Source: Vicugna vicugna
Lineage: Eukaryota
Assembly (NCBI GenBank): GCA_013265495.1
Contig: MU058687.1
Location: 868,001 to 932,000, forward strand
Reading direction: 5' to 3'
DNA: 64,000 nt
Shown here: positions 50,842 through 63,974 of the stretch, in pieces
How the letters are laid out: each line of letters starts with the position of its first letter
Position numbering within the stretch: position 1 is the first letter of the stretch
Made by a program: the position numbers and the translations under genes
Notes under the pieces: generated by a model
Databases searched by the model: none
Told to the model about the DNA's origin: nothing
The model's input: only the letters and a program-made list of their open reading frames with translations

Positions 50842-52369
50842 CTATGATTTTCAATTGAAACAAAGGACAAAACGGGAACTAAGTGTTTACTGACGGTCTG
50901 CTCTGGATGTGGCCTGGGAATGAATACCAGGGGGAAAAGCAGGCCCTTGCCCTTTGATGAAGACCCCCAGCCCCATTTATGAATTTGTTAGATGGCCTTT
51001 CCTTTTTCCCAGGATCCATCCTTCTTTTACGGATTGAATTTTTACTACGGTCCCTTCAGCCCTGCCTCTACTTGATCAGATAAATGAAAAAGAATGCCAA
51101 AAAATGAGAACATTAATGACATCAGAGTCCTAAACATCTTGTTGATGTCCTAATTTGGTTCAGGATCCAGCAAGTTACTTAGCAGACTGTGAGTACTCAT
51201 CCAATAGCTATAAAGAATGATACAGCCTAATCAAGAGACAAGAAAAGCCCAAATTAAGCCTGAGAAGCTTGGATCCTTCAAAAAGAAATTGCTCAACTAA
51301 TGAACAACCCCAAGGGCAGGATAGGGAACAACCGTGTAAGAGATAGTGTCCTTCCTCCTACTCACTTTACAAGTTGTTACAAATGCTTTGCTTCATGATT
51401 AAGCAAAATACACCAGTACCTGTTCCTCAGCCCTCAAAATGACAGCACTAGGTGACAGGTCTATCACAAACTTCAGGCTGAGGATAGAGAGTTCATTATT
51501 CAGATTTCATATCTAAAGGTACAAAATGTGGTGAAAATTGCACAAGACTTTGACTCTTGTTCTCAAAGCCAGTTCACTGAACATGAATCAAAATTGTGTA
51601 AGACCACCTGCAACTACTTTTTGTTTCCCCATTTTTAAGGAAGAAATTCCCCTCTGCAGGAAAGAGGCTCTGGGAAGTTAAAACTATTAACTTGCAGTGT
51701 ATCTATCGCCTGTGAGCAGCAGGTTGAAAAATGACTTTATTTTGTTGCCTGCACCTGAAGTTCATAGAACTTCAATTTTGCTAATTACAGAAAGATATTT
51801 ATCATCTCATAGCCGCATTTTGGTTGTTACAGGATGTAAAGTAAGAATATATTAACTATATAGTGCTGTAGCCCAAAGCTGTGAATATGTCACATTTCTG
51901 GTTTGCCTCCTTTTAGAATGGAGCTCCATGAGGGCAGGGACTCTGTCTTATTCATTGCTAACCCCCTAGTTCCCCAAATGCACATGGCAAATGAGGCACT
52001 CAATAAACAATTTCTGAACAAATAAATTCTATTATTCCCTTAAACTAACTTAAAATGTCACAGGATTTATGAAGATTATACAGGATATCAACATTCTTCC
52101 CTATTCAACCAGTATCAATAACAGAAATGAATAATAAATAAATAAATATTATTACTCTTCATAAATAATTATCCATTTGCTGGTTCCTTCACATTCAAAT
52201 TGTTTAAAAGCTGGAGAAAGGGTCAATGCATGGAAGACTGACAAAAGTGAAACCAACTCTTAAAAGGCTTTTCTACCACATCTCATAACAGAAGATGCAG
52301 TAAGCTGGTTCCTGTGGGCATAATAAAACACAAAGCCAGGAACAGGGGGTTCCAATTGTAAGCACTTAC

Positions 52370-52428
52370 CTCAAGCTCATTCTCATCAAAAATAGCCAAA
52401 AGGTTCTCAGGGACCAACTCATTCAGGC
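52370..52428 (-). CDS. AREL1: AREL1 coding exon (GLNELVPENLLAIFDENELE), HECT
   Basis: cag|GC CTG...GAG|gtaagt, 59 nt, after an 87-nt intron. Confidence 0.96.
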
Positions 52429-52515
52429 CTGAAACAAAGTAGCCAAGTTAAAGCCATATCCACACCACAGATACAGGTACTTTCACCTCAAAACCAAGAG
52501 CAGACAGGATCCCAC

Positions 52516-52645
52516 CTTTTAGGAAATGTTCCACCTCCTCTTTCACTTGACTGGCCAACCGGTATTGGGCCAGCAAATTTAAATAGAAGATTTTATTGGC
52601 ATTGGTGACTGGGGTTTGAGCTCCACCTGTCATAAGTTCTACAAC
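52516..52645 (-). CDS. AREL1: AREL1 coding exon (VVELMTGG...HFLK), HECT
   Basis: cag|GTT...AAA G|gtggga, 130 nt. Confidence 0.97.
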
Positions 52646-54142
52646 CTGAAAAGAGGCAAAAGACAGGGACAGGATGTGGATGGGAGTTTCTAAGATGGTA
52701 TCTGCCCAGTATGTCCCATAAACACATCATTACTGAATTCCATCCCAGTCACAAGCTCCTGCTGTGCACTCAGGTTCTCAACAAGCTTGGTTTTATTTAG
52801 TTACTAAGCTTCAGGGTTCCTACTGCTATTGCTGTATGCTACTCGCTACTATATCTGAAGTGGGTATCTGAGTGAGTCTTCTCTGACCTGATCAAATAAA
52901 TAGTGGTGATGCAACAGGAAAATATAGTGGTTCCTTGTCAGCAATATTTTAATGTTTCTATGATTCAAAGTTCAACCATTACTGACCTCTTCTCTTAAAC
53001 CCCTGAGCCAACTGACAATAAATAAAGCCAGACAAGTAGTGAAGAAGTCTCTTCAGGTCTCAGAAATTCTAAGATGGGCACAGCTGTTCCCTACATTCTT
53101 CTGTTTTCAGCGTGAGTCAATGGAAAAAGCCACGTCTTGATACTTGGTGACCAACTCGCTACAGGATTTTAGTCACTTACATACTTCCGCCCCCAGTCTT
53201 CCTATCTGCAAAGAAAAGGCTGAACTATATAATTCTCAAACAGAATTGAAACCCTTCTCCCAACAAACAATTCCCAAGGGAGCTCTGAGGAAGCCCTGAG
53301 GTATAGCTTAAAGCCACCACCCCAGAAAACCTGTGTACAATGACCACGGTTGTCTTCACAGGTGAATGAAAGCCTCCATTTAGTTACAACATCAGATTTT
53401 AAGGTCCCAGTGACAGCACGGTAGGGACGGAACTTTGCTCCAGCAAGGATTATCAATGGATCTAAATATGTAAAACTTTTTCTGTTATTATGCACAATTC
53501 TGGATATTTTTATCTTATGTGTGTAAGCATTTCTAACTAGTAGCCTAAGAAGTAAATTACTATGATTTAGAATTCATATTAAACTCAATTAAAATCAGTA
53601 CTGCCCTAGGCCTGCAGACCCTAATTCAGTATTCTATTGACTCTAGATGCCTTGTGGGTTAGGAAGATAGGCTCCGCCCACATATGTGCAAAGGCCGACA
53701 GCTGGGATTCCCACAATGTTCACGAAGGCTATTTGATTATCAGCACCGCGCTACAGTGATGACACATTCTCAGTCACTGCTATTTTGCTTTCAATTATAT
53801 GTTACTGCAACTTTAGCTTCATCATTATCATTTCATATTATTTAACTTCGCAATGAAAATGAAACCACATTTGCACCAGAATTATTTTTGGCCATTAATT
53901 TTCTAATAAAACATTTAAAAATATATAAGCACAGTGTTAAAACAGGAGTCATCCATATCCCCACCCTTAATGCTGAGAGAGACACTGCCATCCCTTCCAA
54001 AGCTGCTTGTGCAGTGACATTTCACTATCACTTAGTTCTTTTTCCGCTGGTAAGAAGGAATGGGTGGGATGGATGGTTAAATGTGTCTTTGGCTCCACTC
54101 AAATAGGCCACGACCATACAGTGTGGGATGCAATGCCCCAAA

Positions 54143-54320
54143 GCTGTGCTGTCCAATACGGTTGTCACTAGTCACATGTGGTTATTTACATTTAAATTAA
54201 TCAAAGTAAAAAGAGAAATTCAGTTATTTGGTCACACCAGCCACATTTTGGGTGCTCAAAAGACAGGACAAATAGACAACACTTCCATCACTGCAGAAAG
54301 TTCTAGTAGACAGCCCTGCA
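54143..54320. mobile_element. MER3-like hAT-Charlie relic
   Basis: GCTGTCCAATACGGTTGTCACTAGTCACATGTGG...TCCATCACTGCAGAAAGTTCTA. Confidence 0.75.
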
Positions 54321-54372
54321 CTACAGAAGGCTGGGAACCATGGGACACACAGGCTTCAGTCCTCCTTCTCAC

Positions 54373-54498
54373 CTTATCCAATTGACCCGATTTGTTATAT
54401 TTCTCTTCTGCAAAGACCAGCTCCATCTCACTCATGTCATTGTTGAGGATGAAACAAACTTTAGATTTGTAGAATTCTGGGTCATCTGTTTCAAAGTA
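54373..54498 (-). CDS. AREL1: AREL1 coding exon (YFETDDPEFYKS...QLDK), HECT
   Basis: tag|TAC...AAG|gtgaga, 126 nt. Confidence 0.97.
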
Positions 54499-54672
54499 CT
54501 AAGGAGACAGGAAAACACAACACAACATGACTACTCTTACCCAAAGCAATGGGCTTTGTCACTGTGTGGAACCACTTACCCCTTCAACCTTAAGAATAAC
54601 AAGCTCAGGGTGGAGAGATTCCAGAGTTAGTGGCCAGGGGCCTTAGTAGAAAATGCACACCTAAGATGTTAC

Positions 54673-54852
54673 CTTGTAATGCATACGCAGTCCTATGATT
54701 TGGGCCAAAAAAGAGCGAGTGAAGCGAGCTCGGACCAACTGCTTGTAGGCTCCTCCTAGAGAGGACTCATACAGACACTTGCCCACCAGTCGCCCTGCAA
54801 ACTCATACATCTTTAGGCGCAGATGAGCGGGGCGATTAGGGTTGGGATGCAC
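54673..54852 (-). CDS. AREL1: AREL1 coding exon (VHPNP...MHYK), HECT
   Basis: cag|GTG...AAG|gtaaca, 180 nt. Confidence 0.97.
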
Positions 54853-55428
54853 CTGTCAAAGAGAAAGATTAAAAGGCCCTGGGCCATTTTTCTTCAAGCT
54901 GAGTTCTGGAAAGGTCCTCCCTCCTCAACTCTATCCCAATGGAGCAAGAATTCCAGTGTTATGATGAAAGAGCCCGTCCACATGGCATCAGTCTTTTGGT
55001 AGCCACAACTGAATAACTCAAAGTGACTAAAGGATAAAGGGCAAAATTGACTTACATTAAGTCGAAGAATCTTATATTAATTTTGTGGTTTATGCATATG
55101 GAAGGTAATCAGTGGATGATATAATGCCTTTTCTCTAAACTAGAACTTCTTTCAGCCGAAGTCTAGATCTTGTACAGAGTTCAACTGCTTCGGATACGTT
55201 TTGAGAAAGTGGCTTAATTATTAAAATAATAATGAGTAGAATAGCCACAGCTTTATAATGCTTTTTAGTTAAATATTCATCTGTCTGCATTTTCTCTTAT
55301 TTTATAGATGAAATAATGAAGGCAGAGAGGAGGGAGGCAATCTGATTAATTCAAACTCTTATTAGTCTCTCCATTATAACATAATCCACATTCCCCATCC
55401 CCGCCCTTTGGGGAAGTCACAGACTCAC

Positions 55429-55538
55429 TAATGCTTGGTTGGTGTCACTGAATCGGGTGAAGAGCTGATTGGTGGTATCAAACAATGCTTTGCAGATTAG
55501 CTCAAACCATTCCCGGCGAGGCCCTCCCCAGTCCAGAG
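55429..55538 (-). CDS. AREL1: AREL1 coding exon (ALDWGGPRREWF...NQAL), HECT
   Basis: cag|CT CTG...TTA|gtgagt, 110 nt; HECT DxGGxxREWF motif. Confidence 0.97.
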
Positions 55539-56060
55539 CTGAAAAGTATCATAAAATAAAGTGACTCCAGCCTACCATCTCTTATCACTTTTGTTCATTT
55601 ATTCATCATTCTACACTTCCTCCATTCCACCACCTTAGTGCCCTCCATTCCAGTCCACCTCAACTATAAATCCCACCCCTTTCTGTGGGATTAAAGTTAT
55701 TCTCATCACTAAGCTAATGCCCCCTAGTGTGGAAACACAGAAGATCGGAGATCCCAGGAAACACATTTCTCTTGGTCCTACAAAGGTTACTCTGCCCTTC
55801 TGCTTCAAACTCTAAGAGCTCCCCCTCCAAGTCCCTGTATGTCGGTGCTCTAAAAGTTCTACCAAGCCATCGAGCCAGTAAACACCACCCTTTTCTTGAG
55901 TCATGACTTCTTTTTCTCTAGGAAAAAAAGCTGGGGTGGCAGGGGAGGGGGTGAGTATGTGTAGGAGGTTGTTTTTATTTTCTGTGTATGGGCGGGTAAG
56001 GAGGAGGGGAAGAGTGGGAAGGAGAGTTAAAAAAGATGACTATAAAATTTCAAAATTGAC

Positions 56061-56136
56061 CTTCTTCATCCTGAAAAACCACCTCAAAGTTCTTGCTCCA
56101 ATCTGAGATGGAGAAATTCCGAGTGGCTTTCAAAGA
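56061..56136 (-). CDS. AREL1: AREL1 coding exon (SLKATRNF...FQDEE), HECT domain N-terminal part
   Basis: cag|TCT...GAA G|gtcaat, 76 nt. Confidence 0.95.
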
Positions 56137-57119
56137 CTGAAAAGTAGTGAAAAAAAGAAATGATCAGAACACTGGATGGTATCTCTCGGGTGTTAAAGAC
56201 AAAAACATAGGAACATTGCCCACTGTCAATGTAACTAAACACTAGTGCTTGGAGGCAATATATTACTCATGAGTAAGCTTTAATAATACCGTCTTCTATT
56301 CAAAAAGCACATATCTCCAGAAGAAATTTAATATTAAAAAATCTTAAAATATTAAAAATCTATTCATATTTATACCACTGAGTTATTGGGAAGCTGAAGT
56401 TTGGTTTTAATCCTAATTTTATTAATGAGAAAACTCTTAAATAAAGAAACAAAAATGGCTCAAATCAGTAAGCTATCAGCAAGAGAACCAAGGAGTCTTG
56501 TTTTTCAGTAAAGTACAGTCTATCCACTAGACGTCTTTATCCACAAGGCTAGGTTCAGACAGGGAGCCATGCCACAAGAAAGTGGCTGAGAAAAGGAGTT
56601 TCCACTCATACCTACCAGAGCCAAACATCACAAACACTTTCTGGACAGGGACCAAAGCCTTCTCATTCTCAAGGAATGTAAGGACTATGCCAGTGTCTGT
56701 GCAGTGGAGACAGACACACATCAGGTATTCCTTTCCATCAGACCAGAGTGACAACAAAAACCATTTCCTGTTAATCCAACAAGAGCTCCTCTATTCCTGG
56801 GATTCAGTAACAAGAACTTTCTTCTACAACAACTTAACACCTGCCCTACCTTGGAGTTCCGTAAGATTGTTCAGGAACTAGTTCAGTACAGATTTCTAAA
56901 GCCAATGTGTCAACTAGTCGCTCCTCTCATTAACATCTCTCCAAAAAATCTGCCCCAAGCTCAGTATAACCAAACACACAGAATAGTCTTTAACATGTTT
57001 AAAGAAGAGAGAGATTTGGGTTTCATAAAAAAGATAACCTATAGAATATAACCAAATATCAAAGAACTTCCTAGTAGGAAAATTTTGACAACCACTGATG
57101 GGGATGAAACTTTACGCAC

Positions 57120-57241
57120 CGATTCCAACAAGGCATGTCTGCTGATCTTCAGGGTGACTTTGGAATGTGGTCTTTTCATATGTACCTGCCGAAGCTCTCG
57201 CTGGAAAAAGTTCACCTTGTCCTGAAAGGTCTCGGAGCCTC
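57120..57241 (-). CDS. AREL1: AREL1 coding exon (GGSETFQDK...ALLES)
   Basis: cag|GA GGC...TCG|gtgcgt, 122 nt. Confidence 0.96.
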
Positions 57242-57372
57242 CTGAGGAGCAGCAAAAGCCATCGTGATTACACCTCATTACAGGATATCTATGCAGGCCA
57301 CTTCTACACACTCAGGCCCCCAGGGTCTCCAGGGTCTCTCTCTTCCCCACTGGAATTCCTGTCCAGTCTCAC

Positions 57373-57514
57373 CTATGTTCTTATGAAGTGAGCGGATGAA
57401 TGTGGCTGCGAGGATGTTCCTTTCCTTACAGCTGAGCTCCACAGGAGGTTGAATGCCATCATCCACCACCAATGTGAGGAGCTTATGGACAGGGTCAGGG
57501 CCGAGGTATGAAAA
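57373..57514 (-). CDS. AREL1: AREL1 coding exon (FSYLGPDP...HKNI)
   Basis: tag|TTT...ATA G|gtgaga, 142 nt. Confidence 0.96.
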
Positions 57515-58262
57515 CTAACAAAGGGGGAAGAAAAAGGAGTTAATCTACAAAGCCTTCAAATCCAGCAAAAACCCCTCATATCCCTAGCCCTTCTGCACCA
57601 ACTAACAAAAACAACTTAAGCCTGTTTTCTCAAAGTACCTACAAGGAATACATCTCATTGTTTTTTTCACCTCAGTGCTCTATGATTCAAATTCTATTTT
57701 AAATTATTTGAGTCACAGAGACTACTTTTAGTAAAGATCACAGGCAATGCTACAGACTTTCCAATGTAAAGTATAAGAAGGGTGAGAGAAATAAAGATAT
57801 ATAAAATAACAAATGACTGCTGGAATAGGTTGGACAAACTGGCTGGAGGAAGGTGATTTGCCTTTAGATTCCAAAAGCTCAGAAAAGTTAAAAAAAATTT
57901 TTTTTTAAGTAGATGAGAATACTGGTGTTGAAAGAGTTAGCTTTGGCATGGGGAAACCAAGCTCAGGTCACAGATACCAACACCCTCTTCATTAACTTAG
58001 TCCTAGGGGCAAAAGATAATGGTTGAAATATTATTCTGACTTGCTACTAATTGTTATTTCTGTAGGCATGTGTTCTCCTAGAACTATATTCTTCATGCTG
58101 GTTCACGAGGAGGTAACAACTCCTTCTTTATTTGGCAATAAACCCTGTGTGCACAATGAGAACTTCCAGAAACACCAAAAGCCTTTCTAGGAAAAAAGAG
58201 AAGGTTGAGATGTTGGAGGTAGAAGCCTGCTCTGCATGAACAGGGTCTAAGGTTCAACTTAC

Positions 58263-58340
58263 TTTTGTTCCTGGGCACACTCGGAAGGTATAAAGGCGCC
58301 AGGGAATGATTTTCAGGTAGAACTCCTTCACTGAGAATTG
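58263..58340 (-). CDS. AREL1: AREL1 coding exon (QFSVKEFYLKIIPWRLYTFRVCPGTK)
   Basis: cag|CAA...AAA|gtaagt, 78 nt. Confidence 0.96.
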
Positions 58341-59808
58341 CTGGAGGACCAACATATAGAAAATAAAGCGAATGGTAAATAAAGAGGTTCAATCTATTGT
58401 AATTCAAATATCAGCCCCTATCTACATGTTTCACGATAACCTTTTCCCCTATAGACAAAGAAGATAATTTAGTCCGTACTGAAATCAAATAAATAACATC
58501 AACTCTATCTTAAAATAGGGAAATTAAAAATATTACTCTTACAATACAATTTCATAATCTTAATACTCAAGTTTGCTACCATTCTAAATATCTGAGGTCA
58601 GGTTTTCACTTTATAAGTAGAGAACGTTTCACCTAGAAACAATCAAAATCTCCTTCTGCTTAGCCGGATGCTGCTCAGAGAGACTTCTTCCAAGTCAGTG
58701 CACAGGGAACACCAGTGACCCATACCCAATGCATTAGCCCTATTTCACTAGCACCAAGGATTTCCTGGGGAAGAGGAGGTGTGGGATGGGAGGAGTCTCA
58801 TTTAAAAAATCCATAAAAATCCCTTATGTAAGAATAAAAAGTGGTCTCTTGTCATTTACAAAAAAGCAGAAGATAATGCAATAATTTTTCAATATAAAAA
58901 AAAAACCCATTATCTGAACATCTATTAGGTCAGATTTTTTTTCTTGATTTTTTAAAAACTCTTCATTAAAGAAAATTTCAAACACATACCAAAGAAAACA
59001 GTAGAATGAAGCCATCACCAGCTTCAACGATTACTAATTTGTAGCTGATCTTGTTTTATCTCTACCTCACCATTTCCCTCATTACCATTCCCCCAGGCCA
59101 AATTAAGGCTAGATCTTTAAATGATGAATGGCACATAGCAAGGTGTTCTGAAGTAGAACAGAATTAGAACTCAGTTTTGGTTATGAGATTAAAGGAATGT
59201 AATGAGATGTTTCAAGAGTCTCATTTTTTCTGAGGTCTGAACGAATAAACAAAATATAAATATTGAAAAAGAAAATCCCTAACACAAAGTGCCTCTTAGC
59301 TCCGGGGCCTTGGGAAGTTCACCTCCTTGTCTCTGCCAAAAATCTCTCTATTCCAATCCTGTTCCCTGATGATGACATCCATTTATTGCGGTTTCACAAA
59401 TCACAGAATGAAAGATCAAATTGTTCTGAATAGTACAAGGGGCTAACAGTCATTTTAACACTAGTGAGAAATTTTTAATGGTTAAAAGTAGCTTTCTTTA
59501 AAACTCTGAGAGCCATGCCTTGAAAATGCATCCCAGAAGCAAACAGCAGAGTGCCACAGGTGCTCTCAAGCACAAGGCACACAGACTCCCCAGACAGAGA
59601 TGTAACCTAGCCCAAACCGAATGTGCAGCAGAAGAGCAGGCACAACCTTCTGCTCAACTTTAGGCAGCCCCTCTTAATATCCTAGAAACCCTACGAATCA
59701 GTGGTCTTGCCCTGATTCTCAGACTGTTGCTTTGTGGGTTTTGTTACCAAATACCAATTACAAGCAGGCTCAGGCAGGGGGTTTTAAGGCAAGAATGGGA
59801 GCTCCAAC

Positions 59809-60056
59809 CTTTGGTGACACATAGCAGTACACCTTCTTCGGTTTCTTCACCTTCTCTGGGGTGTGACACTCAGACGGCGAATCTTCCTCTTCCTCCTCCA
59901 CAGCCGTGGAAGGCCGGCGCTGGGCAGAGCTCATGTGCATGGGCGGGAGGTGCCACGGAGTGCTGGTACAGTTGGCAGCATTATACAGATAAGCTTCAAA
60001 GTAAATGCTGACTCCTGAGGTGGACACATTGCGTTCGACAATATTCCTCTCATTCT
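59809..60056 (-). CDS. AREL1: AREL1 coding exon (ENERNIVERNV...YVSPK)
   Basis: cag|AG AAT...AAG|gttgga, 248 nt. Confidence 0.96.
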
Positions 60057-60260
60057 CTGAAGTATAACAGGGAATAAGGTTTAGAATGCAAGACAGGGGA
60101 GAAAAAAATTATCTATCACCAGATCTTTGGTCCACAGGGCTCCACACCAAGTCTGGCTCAAATATCAAACAACTGTGAGGCTTGTCAGAAGAGTGCAGGT
60201 GCAAAGAAGAAGTGATCTGGGAATAGGACTAAATCACAGCAAGCTTTTCTTTCAACTCAC

Positions 60261-60441
60261 CACTTAGGACTATGATGTCAAATTCGCCATTACTGATTGG
60301 CTGGTTTTGGTATGAAATGCAGGCGTGGAAGCAGCCCCTGGAATGCAGGGTGAGCCGCAAGAACACCTGGCAGGTCTGCCTGTTGGATGTCACTGACTTC
60401 TCGAATGAGACACCAGTGCTCTCGTCTTCTTGAGGCCCGAG
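60261..60441 (-). CDS. AREL1: AREL1 coding exon (LGPQEDES...DIIVLS)
   Basis: tag|CTC GGG...AGT G|gtgagt, 181 nt. Confidence 0.96.
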
Positions 60442-60686
60442 CTACAGGAGGAAAACAAAGCATCACTAACCATTTATAATTTTCGCTGTTTGCACAGTAA
60501 TTTACTCTTTACAAAGAACTTTCCTGTTTATGAGCTAGTCTAAGTCTCACAACTACTAATGAGCAAGGTACTATCAGATGAAGGAAGGCCGGCACAGCAC
60601 TCAGGGAGCGGGGACAGGCAGAAGTGAACTAGAAAGGACAACAGTGACAGAGAGGAGCACACAGGGCAGGAAGGGAGGCTGCTCAC

Positions 60687-60856
60687 CTCATGAATGGACA
60701 GACTGTAATTGTGCTCATCTCTCAAGGACGTGGAATTGTTGGTAGGGTTGTCATACTCATCTCGGGGCACTATTTGAAGAGTGTGTGGTTGCCCACAGGT
60801 CAACAAAAGAGTGGAAAAATGGCACACAATTTTGGTCTTAGAAGGAACCACCATTC
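60687..60856 (-). CDS. AREL1: AREL1 coding exon (GMVVPSK...SIHE)
   Basis: cag|GA ATG...GAG|gtgagc, 170 nt, phase consistent. Confidence 0.97.
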
Positions 60857-61189
60857 CTGCAACACAGACAATGGAATGTAACGTCAGAGAGGTGATTTTT
60901 CAGGGCACGAAGATCTACTCAGTCAGTGAGTCCCAGAGAGCTGTATCCCTGCCCAATTTCCAGGGATAAACAATATCATTATGAGGCAGAGAGAAAGAAA
61001 GAAAGAAAACAAAGAGATTGATTCAAATAAACTTTGGGAACTCATTTTTACAAATTCCTAACCACTGCAAGCACTAAACAAAATGACAGAAGAACTTAAG
61101 AGAAAGCAGAACTGAAGTTACAGATACAGTATCTAGAATCCCACTGGGAACTTCTGAGTGAAACAGGCCTTAAAAATAAGTGAATAATT

Positions 61190-62775
61190 GCAAAACAAAC
61201 AAATCTGAAATACTTAGGTGCAAATCTAATAAAACAAGTATAAGACTTCTATGTTGAAAACTACAAAATGCTGATTAAAGAAAGGAAAAAGGTCTAAACA
61301 AATTCAGGTATACCATGTTTATGAATTGGAAGACTCAACATGTTAAAAATGTCAATTCTCCCCAAATGATATACAGATTTAACAAAATTCTTATCACAAT
61401 CTCAGCAGAATTTTTTGGTAGTTTGGACAGTTTTATACTAAAATTTACATGGAAAAGCAAAGGGTCTAGAATAGCTAAAGCAATTCTAAAAAAGAAGAAT
61501 AAAGTCAAAGAGTCAGTTTACTCAATTTAAAGTCATTATATAGCTACACAGTCAAGACACTAGTATTAGTAGAGGGATAGACAAATAGATCAATGGAATA
61601 GAACAGAGACCCCAGAAATAGATCCCCACAAATACGCCCAACTGATCCCTGACAAAGGTGCAAAAACAGTGCAATAGAGGGGGAAGACAGCCTTTTCAAC
61701 AAATGGTACGAGAGGAACAGGACGACTATAAGAAAAAATTCTTGACCCAGTATATGAAAATTAACTCATATTAGATTATGACCTTAATAATAAAAAATGT
61801 GAAACTAGGAAACTTTTAGGAAAAAAAATAGGAGAATATCTTTGCAATCTAGGACTAGTCAGAGTTTTCAGATACCAAAAGCGTGATCCATGAAAGGAAA
61901 CATTAATACTCTGACTTCATCACAATTAGAAACTCTTGTTCTGTGAAAGACCCTATTAAGGACATGAAAAGAAAAGTTAAAGGCTGACAGAAAATATCTG
62001 CAAACCACATATCTAACAAAGGACTGTGAACATCTATTATCTGGCACAAATAGAAATAGAGGCCTCAATTCTTAAGATACCAAAAGCTTGGCCAGACACT
62101 CCTCAGTAAGGAGTAACACACATACTGGCAGCAAGGGTAGGATTAAATGGGTCAAGTTCTTTTACTTGAAAAGGTTTCAAAAATCAGAAGACTTTACCTT
62201 TGGTCTATTTTAGCACCCTAACCCCTTAAGAACTTACCAGGCTAATGACCCAGCGATTCTATGCCTAGGGAACTAAAAATGTATGTCTATACAAAAACTG
62301 TACACAAATGTTCATATCAGCATTATTCATGATAGCCAAAAGTGAAAACAACCCAAGTGTCCATCAATGGATGGATAAAGAAAATGTGGTATACCCACAT
62401 AATGTAATACTATTTAGCAATAAAAAAAATGAGGTACTGATTCATGCTATAGCATGGACAACTCAAAAGCATTATGCTAAGTGAAACAAGCCAGTCACAA
62501 ATGGCCACATATTTTATAATCACATGTTTACTAGATGTAAACAGGAGAGTAGTACCCAGAGTATGTACATCCACAGTAGCAATATATAAGCAGTTGCCTA
62601 GGGCTAAGGAAAATATGGAGTGACTGCTAATGGGAACAGGGTGATGGGGTGATGAAAATGGTCTAAAACTGACTGTGCCACCATGTTTATACAACCCTAT
62701 GAATTTAAAAAACATTAAATTCTGTATTTTAAATGAATGAATTATGTAGCATGTGAATAAAGGTTTTATTAAAAA
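61190..62775 (+). mobile_element. Old L1 ORF2/3' UTR fragments in an AREL1 intron (antisense to the gene)
   Basis: Degenerate ORF2 peptides (MIYRFNKILITI...FILKFTWKSKGSRIAKAILKKKNK) and CAACCCAAGTGTCCATCAA motif; many stops. Confidence 0.9.
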
Positions 62776-62844
62776 GAAGAAGAAAGGAAAAGAAAAAGGA
62801 AGGTAAGAATGGAGAGAGAAAGGGAGAAAGAAAAAAAAACCTAC

Positions 62845-63082
62845 CAGGCTGAAAAATCTTATAGTAGGGACTGTAGGCTACATTTAATCCACCAAGCTTC
62901 ACTGAGATTTCGTACCGCCCAGCCCTGCGCACAGTGAAGGCCACCTTGACGACGTTGGAACTGGGTTCCTGGAGGACTTCCTGGGTCACTGGAATTTCCA
63001 CTGCTAGCTCAACATGAGAGATGTGAACTCTTAGTCCCACAGGCCGATGTGCAGGGAAAGGTTGCCCATTCTTATAGAATAA
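62845..63082 (-). CDS. AREL1: AREL1 coding exon (filamin-like repeat, LFYKNGQ...KIFQP)
   Basis: cag|TTA...CCT G|gtaggt, 238 nt; translation matches AREL1. Confidence 0.97.
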
Positions 63083-63517
63083 CTGCGGTGGTGAGAAGAG
63101 GGACACCCGTTAATGAACAAGGGGAGAAAACATTTCCTGTGTAACCTGAGAGTGTGGGAAGAGAGGAAGTGGCTGGCAAACCCCAGTACCCACCCACTCC
63201 TATGGTCCCGTTCACACAAGGAGAAACAAATTCTCTTAGTGCTTCAAAGAAAACCATTATATCATGAACTAATTCTTCCCCTGTTCAGAGGATAGGGGTA
63301 AAATGCACCACTGAATCAATTTCAACTTGGTATTTCTGAACCACAAGTGCAGCCTCCCCTGTCTTACCCTCCATTTTTCATTATGTTATCACTGCTAAAT
63401 CAAATGTACAGGTAAGTCAGCAGGTACCACTGGCACTGAGCAAACAAAACCACCTGGCAAGGCTAGGGGGGTTCAGACTATGAAGCCAAGCAGAAGGCTG
63501 CAATGGAGAAGTCATTG

Positions 63518-63702
63518 CAGGGGACAGCAAACTTTGTGCAAAGAGCCAGAGAGTAACTATTTTTGGCCCTGTGGCCAAAAGTGAAAGCATCCATAGGCAG
63601 TACAGGAAGATGAATGGGTGTAGCTGTGTTCTAATAAGCTGTAATTATAGAACCAGGAAGTGGGCCTGATTTGGGTCTCAGGCCATAGTTTGCCAACCTC
63701 TA
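63518..63702. mobile_element. MER58A-like DNA transposon relic
   Basis: CAGGGGACAGCAAACTTT...GGCCATAGTTTGCCAACCTCT termini. Confidence 0.7.
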
Positions 63703-63974
63703 ATATAGAACGCCAACTCTTTACAGTAATATTCTCATTTTGAAAAGGTAACATTAAGCTTTATACTTCTCCAAGGCTAAGCACCTGTTAAACCAAAATA
63801 ATAGAGAACTTTGTGACTCTTCAGATATTAACAATTCCCAAGTTCCTGGAAGGGGTTGAAAAACAAGGAACATATTAACATTCCAGGCCAGCACCACCAA
63901 GAGACTGAACTGGGCTCTGGAAAGCAACTGACTCAGTAACCCCCGTGGGTATGGAGACAGAAACATTCCCTTAC

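Noticed and set aside
53753..53778. CAGTGATGA...TCACTG short stem with box C-like motif in an AREL1 intron
   Set aside because: Antisense to the host gene and no properly placed box D (CTGA); too short for a C/D snoRNA.
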